From an uncultured Planctomycetaceae bacterium (lineage in GTDB: Bacteria > Planctomycetota > Phycisphaerae > SM23-33), in assembly GCA_964607575.1 (NCBI GenBank), contig CAZSLS010000001.1, forward strand, positions 45,316 to 109,315: DNA of 64,000 bases, read 5' to 3'. Under the pieces are notes generated by a model that did no database searches, was not told the origin of the DNA, and saw nothing but the letters and a program-made list of their open reading frames with translations. Position numbers and translations under genes: made by a program. Position 1 is the first letter of the stretch. Every line of letters begins with the position of its first letter. This document shows, piece after piece, positions 8,980 through 18,902 of the stretch.

Positions 8980-10242
8980 TTACCTGCTATCGCCAGAGAG
9001 GGATTCGACTCGTATCGGAAGCACCGGCGGGCGGGCTGAGGCGCCGGTCCAACCGCTGATGAATTGTAGCGAGCCATGGCAGATCCTTCCCTGGCAGGGT
9101 CCCATACCGCATCGCGTCTGGAGCCTCGCCGATCGCAGGTTGTCATGTTCGGCGATCTGCCCACGCGTTACATCCTCGCAACGACACACAATCGTGTTTT
9201 CCGTGGCGAGCTGCTTCAGTTCGTCGCGGAGCGCAAAGGCGCGGGCCAGCGCCTTACCGAAACGTTGCGCCCGGCGGCGCGCGGCGAAAAGTCGTTTAGC
9301 TCTTGCGGGCTGTCCGCCGGCGGCATGACCGGCGATTTGCCCTTCGATCAGCGCCGCGTCGGCGCCTGCGATTCCCGTCGCGTCACCCGCGCAGAAGATC
9401 CCCGAAACGGACGTCTCCTGCAGCGAGTCGACCTGCACCTGGTCACGTTCGATCCGACATCCCAGCAGGTGGGGCCATTGCAGGTTTGGAAGCAACCCGA
9501 ACGCGCAAGCCAGGTAGTCGCAGTCTTCGGTCCACGTGGATTTCCCGTTGCTGATCGTGACGCTCTGCACGCAATCCGTGCCGTGGGCGGCCACCGGCCA
9601 GCAACCGCTCCGGTATTTTACACCGAGCAGGTCCCACTGGAAGCCCGCGGCCTGAATAAGTTTGCCGGGAGCAAGGTAGGGCAGGGCGAGGGTGAACTTC
9701 GCCAGTTTCATCAGCGGAGCCTGCTCGATTACGCATGCGACGCGTGCGCCATGTCGCTTCAGATAGGCCGCTGCCGCGATCAACAGCGGTCCGCTTCCGG
9801 CTACGACGACACGTTTCCCTTCCATCGGCCATCCGGTTTTGCTCAATGCCTGCAACCCCCCGGCGCCCGTCACGTTGGGCAGCGTCCATCCGGGAAAGGG
9901 CAGAAACAGTTCCTGCACGCCGGTGGCCAGGATCAATTGCTCCCAACGGATTTCCATGACGCCGTCAGGGTGTTCGGCAAGAAGCAGGTGCGAGTCGGGC
10001 GACGCGAAGGCGGTTGTTCGGTCGAACGCGATTGCACCGGAGTTCTTCAGTCGGGCCAACCATCGACGTGCGGTGCGCGGTATTTCACCCGACCGGTTTC
10101 GCCATATGGGACCGCCCAGAGAAGGCGTACTGTCGAGCAGTGCAACGCGGCGGCCGGACTCGGCGGCAATGCACGCCGCGGCGATACCCGCCGGGCCCGC
10201 GCCGATCACCACGACATCGTATTCGTGCCGACAATCACCCAT
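8980..10242 (-). CDS. FAD/NAD(P)-binding oxidoreductase with C-terminal BFD-like [2Fe-2S] domain; D-hydroxyproline dehydrogenase alpha (LhpF/HcnB-like)
   Basis: DVVVIGAGPAGIAAA dinucleotide fold. C-terminal CRCEDVTRGQI...CGMGPCQGRIC. 8-nt overlap with the upstream 2Fe-2S gene. Confidence 0.75.
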   Translation of the reverse strand: MGDCRHEYDVVVIGAGPAGIAAACIAAESGRRVALLDSTPSLGGPIWRNRSGEIPRTARRWLARLKNSGAIAFDRTTAFASPDSHLLLAEHPDGVMEIRWEQLILATGVQELFLPFPGWTLPNVTGAGGLQALSKTGWPMEGKRVVVAGSGPLLIAAAAYLKRHGARVACVIEQAPLMKLAKFTLALPYLAPGKLIQAAGFQWDLLGVKYRSGCWPVAAHGTDCVQSVTISNGKSTWTEDCDYLACAFGLLPNLQWPHLLGCRIERDQVQVDSLQETSVSGIFCAGDATGIAGADAALIEGQIAGHAAGGQPARAKRLFAARRRAQRFGKALARAFALRDELKQLATENTIVCRCEDVTRGQIAEHDNLRSARLQTRCGMGPCQGRICHGSLQFISGWTGASARPPVLPIRVESLSGDSR

Positions 10243-10489
10243 CGGTGCGGACCTCCATACCCTCTTGGCAAGGAGTAATGCAGGATCGCTGGTGCGGTTG
10301 TCCGTTGATGGTCACGCGACATTCGCCGCATCCGCCCATACCACAAAGAGGACCGCGCCCCATGCCCGAAACCGAGCTGCGAAACTGCGATTCTCCGGCC
10401 AGGGCGACGGCGGCAGCTACAGCGGTTCCCTGCGGAATGCTGACGCTGCGTCCATTGACCGAGATGGTGACAAGTTCCGCCAAGATCAA
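10235..10489 (-). CDS. Small (2Fe-2S)-binding subunit (LhpE/HcnA-like)
   Basis: 84 aa, Cys-rich core CGMGGCGECRVTINGQPHQRSC. Overlaps both neighbours (4 nt and 8 nt). Confidence 0.75.
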   Translation of the reverse strand: MILAELVTISVNGRSVSIPQGTAVAAAVALAGESQFRSSVSGMGRGPLCGMGGCGECRVTINGQPHQRSCITPCQEGMEVRTDG

Positions 10490-11610
10490 TCTCCTCCTTC
10501 GGCGAACCGTTTTGGCGAATAGGGCTCTGCGGGGATCTCGCCACTTCGCCCCAGCATCAAGTCGGCGAGCAACTGTCCCGTTCCGAGCGATGTCGTAATC
10601 CCCAGTCCTTCATGTCCCGTGGCCAGCCATATTCGATCGCCGGCGATGCTCGGTCCGATCAACGGGAGCTTGTCGGGAGTGGCGGCGCGATGACCTGCCC
10701 AGATTCGGATGGCCGAGAGTTGCCCCAGGCTCGGGACGTACCTGGTAGCTCGCCGGATCATGCGGTCGACGATGGGCAGTTGGGCTTCGGAGCCCTCGGC
10801 GTCGAACTGGCGCGAAGAGCCAATCAGCATTTGGCCCGTCTTGCGCGGCTGGATGTTCATCGCCACCGAATCAGATTGCACCGAATGGGCGCTCTTGAGG
10901 TAGCCCAACTCGATAAGTTGGTGATTTATATAGCCCGGATAACGGTCGGTGATGACCAGGTGCCCCTTGCGTCCGCGGACCGGCAGGCCGGGAGTCAGCG
11001 ATGGCGAGAAACAGCCCGCAGCGTTCACCACCGAGCCGGCTGCAATCGTGGTTCCGTCGGCAAGGGTCACAGTACCGTCGCTGCTGATGCTGCGGACCTC
11101 GGCTCCCGTGCGAATTTCGACTCGATTTTCTTCGGCGCGATCCAACAGGCACTTGGCGGCCACCGGGGGGTAGAGCACGACATCGTCGCTCACCAATAAT
11201 CCGCCCGCCAGTCCGCTTCGCAGGCTCGGCTCGGCACGTGCCAGTTCCGCCGCGTCCAGCACGGTGCTCTGCAGTCCGGCGCCGCGGTACGCGGCGTGTT
11301 TCTGCTCGACGGCGTCCATCTCCTCATCGTCGGCCGCCACCCATATCGTTCCACATCGATCGTACTCGGCGCCTGTAGGCAACTCATCGGCCAGTTCGTG
11401 CCACAACCGGCGTGAATAGGCCGTCAACGCCAATTGGGCTTGCGAATCGTCCATAACGACGACGTGTCCCATGGCCGTTGCCGTCGCGCCGCCGCCGATC
11501 AGACCGCGTTCGAGCACGAGTACCTTCATTCCGCCCCGCCCGCAAGCCGCCCCGCAGGCGGCGCCCACGATACCGCCGCCGACTACCACGACGTCGTACG
11601 CTTCGCTCAT
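10486..11610 (-). CDS. FAD-dependent oxidoreductase (DAO family); D-hydroxyproline dehydrogenase beta (LhpB/HcnC-like)
   Basis: [16 protein letters not shown] Rossmann motif, DAO-family length. The ATG at 11610 forms an ATGA overlap with the epimerase stop; the listed GTG at 11625 is less likely. Confidence 0.8.
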   Translation of the reverse strand: MSEAYDVVVVGGGIVGAACGAACGRGGMKVLVLERGLIGGGATATAMGHVVVMDDSQAQLALTAYSRRLWHELADELPTGAEYDRCGTIWVAADDEEMDAVEQKHAAYRGAGLQSTVLDAAELARAEPSLRSGLAGGLLVSDDVVLYPPVAAKCLLDRAEENRVEIRTGAEVRSISSDGTVTLADGTTIAAGSVVNAAGCFSPSLTPGLPVRGRKGHLVITDRYPGYINHQLIELGYLKSAHSVQSDSVAMNIQPRKTGQMLIGSSRQFDAEGSEAQLPIVDRMIRRATRYVPSLGQLSAIRIWAGHRAATPDKLPLIGPSIAGDRIWLATGHEGLGITTSLGTGQLLADLMLGRSGEIPAEPYSPKRFAEGGD

Positions 11611-12557
11611 CGCCTGATACCCCACCCAAACCCATCGTTGTCGTGGATCAACAGAGTCGATTCGGCGATGACGAACGCCGATCCGCGAATTACAGGCACG
11701 ATCTCATTATCGCGACGGCGATAGTGACCGACAAAGGTGCTGCCCAGGATGCTCTCTTGTACCCAGGGTTCACCTTCAGCCAGCTTGTCGTCCGCCGCGA
11801 GGCACGCGAGCTTGGCGCTGGTACCGGTCCCGCAAGGCGAACGATCGTAGGCCTTACCGGGGCAGAGCACGAAGTTTTTCGAGTCGGACCCGACCATGTC
11901 AGGCGGTCCGAACAGTTCAACATGATCGACCTCGGGATATCCCGAGGCGTTAACGGCTTGACGGATCTGCCAGGCGTATTCCGTGAGTTGTCCGACCCGG
12001 TCCATGACCAGCGGTAATCCATGCTCTTCGACAAGAAAGAACCAGTTTCCCCCCCACGCCACATCGCCTGTAATCGGTCCGACGCCGGGGACATCAACCA
12101 CGACGGACTTCGCCGCGCGATAACTGGGCACATTGACGAGCGAAACGTCGCCGGCGGGGTGCAGTTTGGCGGTGACCACACCAACCGGCGTTTCGATGCG
12201 ATGCATGCCCGGACCGATGCGTCCGAGGTGGGCCAGAGTGACGACCAGCCCGATAGTCCCGTGTCCGCACATGCCCAGGTAACCAACATTGTTGAAGAAG
12301 ATCACACCGACTATGCAAGTCTTGTCCACCGGTTCTGCCAACAGAGCACCAACCATTACGTCCGATCCGCGAGGCTCGTTGACAACTGCCGAGCGGAACT
12401 GGTCGTGTTCGTCGCGAAACCGCTCGAGGCGTTCGGCCAGCGAACCGTCGCCCAGATCGGGTCCTCCCCCGATCACCACGCGAGTAGGCTCCCCGCCTGT
12501 GTGCGAATCAATTGTCAATATCCGGTGTAGCAGTAGCTTTCCCTCTTGAATTCTCAC
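11607..12557 (-). CDS. Proline racemase family enzyme, probably 4-hydroxyproline 2-epimerase
   Basis: [14 protein letters not shown]-terminus. Both catalytic cysteines present (GMCGHGTIG and [11 protein letters not shown]), the racemase/epimerase signature rather than the Cys/Thr dehydratase type. Confidence 0.85.
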   Translation of the reverse strand: MRIQEGKLLLHRILTIDSHTGGEPTRVVIGGGPDLGDGSLAERLERFRDEHDQFRSAVVNEPRGSDVMVGALLAEPVDKTCIVGVIFFNNVGYLGMCGHGTIGLVVTLAHLGRIGPGMHRIETPVGVVTAKLHPAGDVSLVNVPSYRAAKSVVVDVPGVGPITGDVAWGGNWFFLVEEHGLPLVMDRVGQLTEYAWQIRQAVNASGYPEVDHVELFGPPDMVGSDSKNFVLCPGKAYDRSPCGTGTSAKLACLAADDKLAEGEPWVQESILGSTFVGHYRRRDNEIVPVIRGSAFVIAESTLLIHDNDGFGWGIRR

Positions 12558-12690
12558 ATACCAGAGATGATATACCCCCCGGTCTCGACAGCATCAAGTA
12601 CCGAGAAGAAAAAAACTTTCGCCCTGCCCCCCAGGCCCCCCTCAAAACCCTCGCCAACAAGCATCGGATGGCTTATCTTAGTACCACTAT

Positions 12691-13770
12691 ATGACACAAC
12701 CCGAATTCAATTTGGCGTGCAAACCTGATTTTGACGAGTGTCTGGCCAGGATTTACGCATGGTACCAGCAGACGATCATCGACCGCCCGCCGGTGCGTTT
12801 CCATCACCATAATATCGAGTACGAACGTCACCGCACCGTCGAGGGGCCTTGGGCGACTGCTGAAGACCGCTGGCTGGACGTGGAGTTCCAGGTGCAGACG
12901 TTCGCCGATTCGCTTGGGCAGACGGAGTTCAAGGGCGAAACGTTTCCGGTGTACTGGCCCAACCTCAGCGCTGTGGCGTACAATCTGTTCCTGGGCCAGT
13001 CTGCGCTGTTCGATGATGTCACGGCATGGACGCATCCCTGCATCTCCGACCTGGAGAACCTTCCGGATCTGACGATCCACAGAGACAACAAGTATTTCCG
13101 TGCGGTCGAGGCCATGACGGATCGGGCGCTGGACGTCGCTGACGGGCGTTTTCTCGTTGGCTATACGGATATGTACGCGGGGATCGACTGCACAGCGGGC
13201 TTGCGGGGCATGGGGGAGATGTGCCTCGATATCATCATGACGCCCGAGCCCCTGAAGGCTCTTGTCGAGAAGGTATGGGCCGAGTATCTCATGGTATACG
13301 AACACTTTGACCGCAAGCTAAAGGCACGCGGTCAACTGTCGGCCACCTGGATGAACCTGCCCTCCCGCGAGACGTTCAACGTGCTGGCGTGCGACTTTGC
13401 GACGCTCATTTCTCCGGATCACTTCGATGAGTTCTGCCTTCCGATCATACGCAGGGAGGCCGAGTGTTTCGTCCACAACGTTTTCCACCTGGACGGACCG
13501 GGCGTGGGCAAGAATATCGATTCGATCCTGACACTGCCCAACCTGGCGGCGGTTCAATGGGTTCAGGGTTACGGTGAAGATGTCCCGATCATGCAATGGT
13601 TGCCGTTGATCGAGAAGATCCAGGCGGCGGGTAAGTCTGTGATTGTCGACCTTCAACTCGACGAACTCGACGAGTTCATGAGCAAGGCCGATCCGACCGG
13701 GGTAATGCTATGGATACCCGCCGAACCGAAGGATCAGCAGGACGTTCTGGACAGGGTGAAAAACTGGTAG
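12691..13770 (+). CDS. Hypothetical cytoplasmic protein (possibly URO-D / MtaA-like TIM-barrel fold; weak)
   Basis: 359-aa ORF with good coding character, divergent from the hydroxyproline operon. Only loose resemblance to the uroporphyrinogen-decarboxylase-like family. Confidence 0.55.
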   Translation: MTQPEFNLACKPDFDECLARIYAWYQQTIIDRPPVRFHHHNIEYERHRTVEGPWATAEDRWLDVEFQVQTFADSLGQTEFKGETFPVYWPNLSAVAYNLFLGQSALFDDVTAWTHPCISDLENLPDLTIHRDNKYFRAVEAMTDRALDVADGRFLVGYTDMYAGIDCTAGLRGMGEMCLDIIMTPEPLKALVEKVWAEYLMVYEHFDRKLKARGQLSATWMNLPSRETFNVLACDFATLISPDHFDEFCLPIIRREAECFVHNVFHLDGPGVGKNIDSILTLPNLAAVQWVQGYGEDVPIMQWLPLIEKIQAAGKSVIVDLQLDELDEFMSKADPTGVMLWIPAEPKDQQDVLDRVKNW

Positions 13771-13815
13771 CCGGAGAATCATGCGGGCATGCACGATTCA
13801 AATATGGCGGTTGGG

Positions 13816-16020
13816 CTACGTCCAATTTTTTGCCTGCTCGGCCTGTTGGGCGAAGGTTTGCGTCTCCTGGCGGACCTGGGTAACGAAGGAGTTATCGTTG
13901 GCTGAACCGAGGACGGCGCGCATCTCTTCGGGTGTGTCGAAGGTGATCCGGCGGTATGGATTCTCGTCGTCCTTCTTTCGGGTCAGGTATGTCTGCTCGG
14001 CGATGAATTCCTGGATAGTGACGGCATGGTCGAGCGCGTCGGCCCATGCTTCGCCGGTGAGTTGCTCGATTCCGAGCAGTTCCAGCAGGGTGGCCAGGGC
14101 GTGTTGTCGGCGGGCCCGGGGGTACTGGTCCCACAGGCGGTCGTATTCGGCGTGGACCGCTTGCCATGAGTCGAGGCTACCGGTCCTGATTGCCTCTTGC
14201 AGGGCAGCGACGTCCGGTCCGGCGACGAGTTGCCCGCCGAGATTCACCCATTGGCGCCGGCGGGGAGCGGAGAGGGCTTCGGCCATTGCCGCCGGGGTTG
14301 TGTCGGAATCGTCCCGCATACCGTCCAGAAGTTCCTTCACCGCGTAGTAGTGCAGCATCTGCCGATAGGCCTCATAGGCCTGGCGCGGTTTGATGATTAC
14401 GACCTTGCGCCGCGAGTTCTCGACGTTCTCCGCCAGGACTTCGAGTTCCTCTATCGCCTCGCCGTCGCCGGTGAGCAGTTGGCGTCCGATGCGGATGAGT
14501 TCTTCGTCGGGCTCCTTACCGGTGAGCTGTCCGTCTTTTCGCAGGGAGGCCTGCCCGGTCCAGCACTCGATCAGTTCGAGGGCCCTGAACATCTCCTCCG
14601 CCGTGTCGGGGGCCAGGGAGTTGAACTCCACGTGCTGGAGCTTGCGTTGGCGCTTGTCGCGCGCGCCGAACTTCCATGTGTTCCTGGCCAGGGCGTACAT
14701 GTTGTACATCCACCAATACGCCGGGAGGATCTGAAGAGCCGATCCGTCGCGGGCATTGCTTACCAGGGCAAACGGTAGGGGGATATCCATCTCCGCGGGG
14801 TAATCGCCCTTGGCCAGCAGGGTGAACGAGGCGAATCTGCAGTTGTGCTTGACCGAGACGCACAGCCCGGGCCAGAAGCCTCTACCGGCGTGGATTTCGC
14901 CGTCGGGAGCGCGGCTGTTGTGGTTCGAGCCGATCGTCGCGTTGGCTGCCATATTGCTCTGCCCCATCACCAGCGCCGCGATCAGGAACGAGTTATTGTG
15001 ATGCTGCTCGTGTGCGGGGAAGATCAGGTTGCTGATCAACTCGCAACAAGATACGGTCGAGTTATCGCCGAGGAATGAGTGAATCAGGCGCGCGCCGTAC
15101 TTGAGGTTGCTGTTGTCGCCCAGGATGAAGCGAACGGCTTTGCATCCGTAGAATATGTGGCAGCCCCGCCCGATGATACCGTTAACCAGTTCGACGCCCT
15201 CGCCGATCTGGGTGGGCTCTTCGGCGCTGGAGTTGATCGTGAGGTTCTTGAGCTTGTTGGCGCCCTTGATGTAGACCTCCGGTCCTATCTTGACGTCCTT
15301 GATGATACGACAGTTCTTGATGACGCAGCTCTGCCCGACCGTACCGTAGTACCCGCGGCGCGAGTCGAATCGGCCTTGGGTCATCCGCCCGAGTCTCTCG
15401 AGCAATTCGCTGTCGTCGCGGTATTTGGACCATAGCATCGCGTCTGCGGGCAGCATACCGTCGAAAGGCATCACCGCGCGCTCGCCGTTTTCGTTCACCA
15501 GTTCCATCCAGACACGAACGTCCTCGTCCTCTCCGTCCTTGACGATTCCGTTACCGAACTTCGCGTGGTTCGTCGTGTGCATCTCGTCGAGGTTCAGCAG
15601 GACGACGTTGTCGCCGATGATGTAGTGCGCCAGATATCGCACCTGGTGGATGGCGGCGTTGTCGCCTATATCGCAGGCGATGATCCGGCTGTTGGTGAGC
15701 CCGACCGGAACGCGGAGGTCGTGGTGCTCGATGTAGACATCTTCGAGGCGTCCGATTCTTACCAGCCCGTGGAACTGGCAGTTCTTGACCAGGTGCGGGG
15801 CGAACTGCTCGGTGACAAGGATGTCGTCCCAGTTGTCGCTGGCGTTGGCGTTCTTGACGAGCGTTTCGATCTCATCGGCACGGAGGTTTCGCCACCCGTC
15901 GGTCGGACCGGGAGCCTGTTGGTTCCGAAGGTAGTATTCGTCCATGCCTTCGGGGAGGAATTCCGCCGGGACAAAATCCCTGCCCAATGACTCTATCGGC
16001 AGCACTTGCATTTCGCTCAT
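13816..16020 (-). CDS. DUF4954-like protein with left-handed beta-helix (hexapeptide) region
   Basis: 734 aa. N-terminus (WRNLRADEIETLVKNANASDNWDDILV) and size match my recollection of DUF4954. Hexapeptide-like runs IGEGVELVNGIIGRGCHIFYGCKAVRFILGDNSNLKYGARLIHSFLGDNSTV. Confidence 0.65.
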   Translation of the reverse strand: MSEMQVLPIESLGRDFVPAEFLPEGMDEYYLRNQQAPGPTDGWRNLRADEIETLVKNANASDNWDDILVTEQFAPHLVKNCQFHGLVRIGRLEDVYIEHHDLRVPVGLTNSRIIACDIGDNAAIHQVRYLAHYIIGDNVVLLNLDEMHTTNHAKFGNGIVKDGEDEDVRVWMELVNENGERAVMPFDGMLPADAMLWSKYRDDSELLERLGRMTQGRFDSRRGYYGTVGQSCVIKNCRIIKDVKIGPEVYIKGANKLKNLTINSSAEEPTQIGEGVELVNGIIGRGCHIFYGCKAVRFILGDNSNLKYGARLIHSFLGDNSTVSCCELISNLIFPAHEQHHNNSFLIAALVMGQSNMAANATIGSNHNSRAPDGEIHAGRGFWPGLCVSVKHNCRFASFTLLAKGDYPAEMDIPLPFALVSNARDGSALQILPAYWWMYNMYALARNTWKFGARDKRQRKLQHVEFNSLAPDTAEEMFRALELIECWTGQASLRKDGQLTGKEPDEELIRIGRQLLTGDGEAIEELEVLAENVENSRRKVVIIKPRQAYEAYRQMLHYYAVKELLDGMRDDSDTTPAAMAEALSAPRRRQWVNLGGQLVAGPDVAALQEAIRTGSLDSWQAVHAEYDRLWDQYPRARRQHALATLLELLGIEQLTGEAWADALDHAVTIQEFIAEQTYLTRKKDDENPYRRITFDTPEEMRAVLGSANDNSFVTQVRQETQTFAQQAEQAKNWT

Positions 16021-16074
16021 GTGATGAGGCTCCCTTCTGAACCCGGTTGACCGGCTTGGCGCGGCGACAAACGC

Positions 16075-16860
16075 TCAGTCCCAGTTCGGCGCGCCGGGCC
16101 TCTTGTCCTGGACCCACTGGTAGTACTCTCGCATCTCGAGTTTTGCCGTCGCCGCGGTGTCAACGCAGATGATGCTGTCAGCGTGCAACTGCAGCGCACT
16201 GGCCGTACACATGCTTGAAACCGGCCCCTCGATGGCGTCGGCGACCGCGTCGGCTTTGCCCGCACCGCTGGCGAGAAGGATGAGTTTCTTCGCCTCGAGA
16301 ATCGTGCCCACGCCCATTGTTACGCAGTATACCGGAACGTCCTCCGGCGTCGCGAAGAAGCGGGCGTTGTCGTCTATCGTCTGCTGCGTGAGCGTTTTCA
16401 AACGCGTTCTCGAAGCCAGTGAACTGCTCGGTTCGTTGAAAGCGATGTGTCCATCCGAGCCGATGCCCAGGACCTGCACGTCGATACCGCCGGCGGCGTT
16501 GATCTGCTCTTCATACTCCTGGCAGGATGCCTTGAAGTTGTCGGATATCCCGGGCGGAACGTTTGTGTTCTCAATATCGACGTTGATGCCCTTAAACAGG
16601 TTCTCGGTCATGAAGTAGCGGTAGCTCTGCTCGTGATCCCCGCTGAGGCCCACGTATTCGTCCAGGTTGAACGTGGTGACCTGGGAGAAGTCCAGGCCCT
16701 CTTCTTCGTGCAGGCGGATCAACTCCTTGTACATCCCCAGAGGGGTCGAGCCGGTGGCAAGGCCCAGGATCGCTGTCGGTTTGTCGCGAACGACCTTCGC
16801 CATTACAGCGGCGGCGGCCTTGCTCATCTCGTTGTAGTCTGCACTGATAATAACTTCCAT
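16075..16860 (-). CDS. nagB: Glucosamine-6-phosphate deaminase
   Basis: LGLATGSTPLGMYKELI, FNLDEYVGL, LGIGSDGHIAFNEP are typical NagB blocks. 261 aa. Confidence 0.9.
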   Translation of the reverse strand: MEVIISADYNEMSKAAAAVMAKVVRDKPTAILGLATGSTPLGMYKELIRLHEEEGLDFSQVTTFNLDEYVGLSGDHEQSYRYFMTENLFKGINVDIENTNVPPGISDNFKASCQEYEEQINAAGGIDVQVLGIGSDGHIAFNEPSSSLASRTRLKTLTQQTIDDNARFFATPEDVPVYCVTMGVGTILEAKKLILLASGAGKADAVADAIEGPVSSMCTASALQLHADSIICVDTAATAKLEMREYYQWVQDKRPGAPNWD

Positions 16861-17198
16861 TGCTGATTCTCCTTCTGCAGGTCTTGGATATCGTCTGTGA
16901 ACGAACGTTCCTTACAACGGGCCCGAATTGCCCGAACCGGCAGGGGCCGGTGATCTCGGACGCCAAGACCATCATCGGCCAGTTAAACGACGCAGCTTTA
17001 ACTGCCCGCGGTGTCGTCGCGCCGATGCGAGAGCTTTCGGAGCTACCCGGGGGCAGACTCCCTGTAACTTTGTTTTTTTTTGGGCGCAATGAACGAATCG
17101 GCGGGTTATAATAAAACCACAACGGTTCGTAATCCTATAAACACTGTGCCCGCGCCGTCCGAGGCGGCAGCTACGCGTAGTTTATGGAGCCTTCATTT

Positions 17199-18056
17199 AT
17201 GAAATCTGCAAGAAGATACCGGTGGATGACCAGTGGCATTTTGGCGATCGTAGTAGTGATGATGGCCCTCGTCGTGTCGACCGAGGCCAATGCTGCTGAC
17301 AAGAAAAAAGCTGCCGCCCGGAAGAAGGCCGCCGCCCGGAAAAAGGCTCCTGCCAGGAAGGGCAGGGGCGGTAAGTCACAGAAGCACTTCAGCGACGATG
17401 AGATATACGCTAAGATGGACTTCTCGCCCGAACAGCGAGCGAAGTTCGAAGCCGCCCATGAGAAACTCCAGAAAGCTTTGGATGAATGGGACGCATCGCC
17501 CAAGGGCCAGAAACTCAGTGAACTCCAGACCGCAGTCGAACTGGCCACCACGCCTGAAGAGAAGCGTAAGGTTGCGGGCATGCTGGGGCAGATCCGAGCA
17601 CTGCTGGCCGAACGCCGAGCAATTGAGAGACGGTACGAACCGCAGGTTATCTCCACCCTCACTCCCAAGCAGAAGGCCACCAGGCACGGATACAAACTCT
17701 GCAACAAAGTACTGAATGGAAAGCTCGGACAGGCGCTGAGCGGGGACCAGGTCAACAAACTTAAATCGTATTGCATGCAGGCCGGCGCGGGTGTCGTCAA
17801 AGGGTCTGTCTCCCCGGCGCGGGCGGAAGCACAATTGCAGTCACTGGCGGTGGGACTACTCAACGACGGCCAGAAAAAGAAACTCGGTATCCGCGTCCCA
17901 CCCAAGAAGAAAGATCCGAGAAGGAACAACAAGAACAACAAGAACAACAGAAATCGCAGACGCCGAAACAAGAAGCCCACCAAGAAACAGATCGAGGCGT
18001 ACAAGAAGTCCATCCCCGCCCGTAAGGCGGCCTTGGAAGCGGCCAAGAAGAAGTAG
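17199..18056 (+). CDS. Secreted Lys/Arg-rich coiled-coil protein (possible Spy/CpxP-like LTxxQ-type motifs)
   Basis: Signal peptide MKSARRYRWMTSGILAIVVVMMALVVSTEANA. KKAAARKKAAARKKAPARK repeat. FSPEQRAKF and LTPKQKAT motifs. C-terminal KKKDPRRNNKNNKNNRNRRRRNKK tail. An alternative ATG lies at 17184. Confidence 0.6.
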   Translation: MKSARRYRWMTSGILAIVVVMMALVVSTEANAADKKKAAARKKAAARKKAPARKGRGGKSQKHFSDDEIYAKMDFSPEQRAKFEAAHEKLQKALDEWDASPKGQKLSELQTAVELATTPEEKRKVAGMLGQIRALLAERRAIERRYEPQVISTLTPKQKATRHGYKLCNKVLNGKLGQALSGDQVNKLKSYCMQAGAGVVKGSVSPARAEAQLQSLAVGLLNDGQKKKLGIRVPPKKKDPRRNNKNNKNNRNRRRRNKKPTKKQIEAYKKSIPARKAALEAAKKK

Positions 18057-18092
18057 CTCGCCGGCAGGGAGAAAAGCAATAGGCCGATCGCG

Positions 18093-18902
18093 TCAGTCCG
18101 CGACGATTCGATCGAAGCCCGTATACACGTTCAGTCGTTGTCCGCGCAGGAAGCCCACCAGCGTCAGGCCAAATCGCCCCGCGAGTTTCGCCCCCAGGGC
18201 CGTTACCGCCGATCGCGATACCAGCATCGACAGTCCGCACGCGACGGCTTTTGAAACGATCTCCGCCGACAGGCGCCCGGTCATCAGGACCAGCTTGTCG
18301 GTCACTTCGATCTCGTCCAGAAATGCCCGCCCCATGATCTTGTCGAACGCGTTGTGCCTTCCGACATCTTCGGCGAAAAGGAGGATCTTCTCGGTGTCGG
18401 CCAGTGCGCACGCGTGAAGCCCACCGGTGGACTTCCACATGTCGGCCTTTCCGGTAAATGTTTTTGCCAGTTCGATCAGTTTGCCCGGGCCGATCGTCAG
18501 GCCCTGTCCCACGCGCCCGAACGCCGATTCGTCAAGGTCTCTTCCCGTACCGCCCGATCCGCACCCGGTTCCCCAGGTCCACCGGTTGGCCATCGCTTCC
18601 ATAGCGTCTTCATCGAAGTCGCCGTGAAGGAATACCTTGTTGTTCTCCACATTCACGCGGACATCGTGCAGTTCGGACCGGTCGCGCAGGGCGCCTTCTC
18701 CAACCAGAAACCCCACCGCCAGCGATTCCAGATCGGCTGGCAGGCAGAGCATCGCGAGGGTGTGCTTCCCATCATTCAGATCCAGTTCGATCCTGGCTTC
18801 GGTGACGACCTTGTCGACCATGGCCTCCGGCTGGCCGTCTTTGAATCGGCGGATGGGGCAGTCCTGGATGAGGTCTTCAGGCGGGTTGGGAGAATCTGTC
18901 AT
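18093..18902 (-). CDS. fdhD: Formate dehydrogenase accessory sulfurtransferase FdhD
   Basis: GCGSGGT, EDVGRHNAFDKIMG and LVLMTGRLSAEIVSKA are typical FdhD blocks. Confidence 0.85.
   Translation of the reverse strand: MTDSPNPPEDLIQDCPIRRFKDGQPEAMVDKVVTEARIELDLNDGKHTLAMLCLPADLESLAVGFLVGEGALRDRSELHDVRVNVENNKVFLHGDFDEDAMEAMANRWTWGTGCGSGGTGRDLDESAFGRVGQGLTIGPGKLIELAKTFTGKADMWKSTGGLHACALADTEKILLFAEDVGRHNAFDKIMGRAFLDEIEVTDKLVLMTGRLSAEIVSKAVACGLSMLVSRSAVTALGAKLAGRFGLTLVGFLRGQRLNVYTGFDRIVAD

Noticed and set aside
8980-11610. Alternative reading of the three oxidoreductase genes as hydrogen cyanide synthase HcnABC or an opine/sarcosine oxidase.
   Set aside because: The subunit pattern is shared by these families. 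However, direct translational coupling to a Cys/Cys proline-racemase-family epimerase favours the D-hydroxyproline dehydrogenase interpretation. This is not fully excluded without phylogeny.
17041-17085. A T9 run (17073-17081) that might mark a plus-strand terminator or sRNA end in the nagB divergent spacer, together with the CAGTTAAA/TTTAACTG hairpin at 16980-17004.
   Set aside because: No stable GC-rich stem immediately precedes the T-run, and no upstream plus-strand promoter or gene was found. It is more likely part of an AT-rich promoter region for the 17199 gene.
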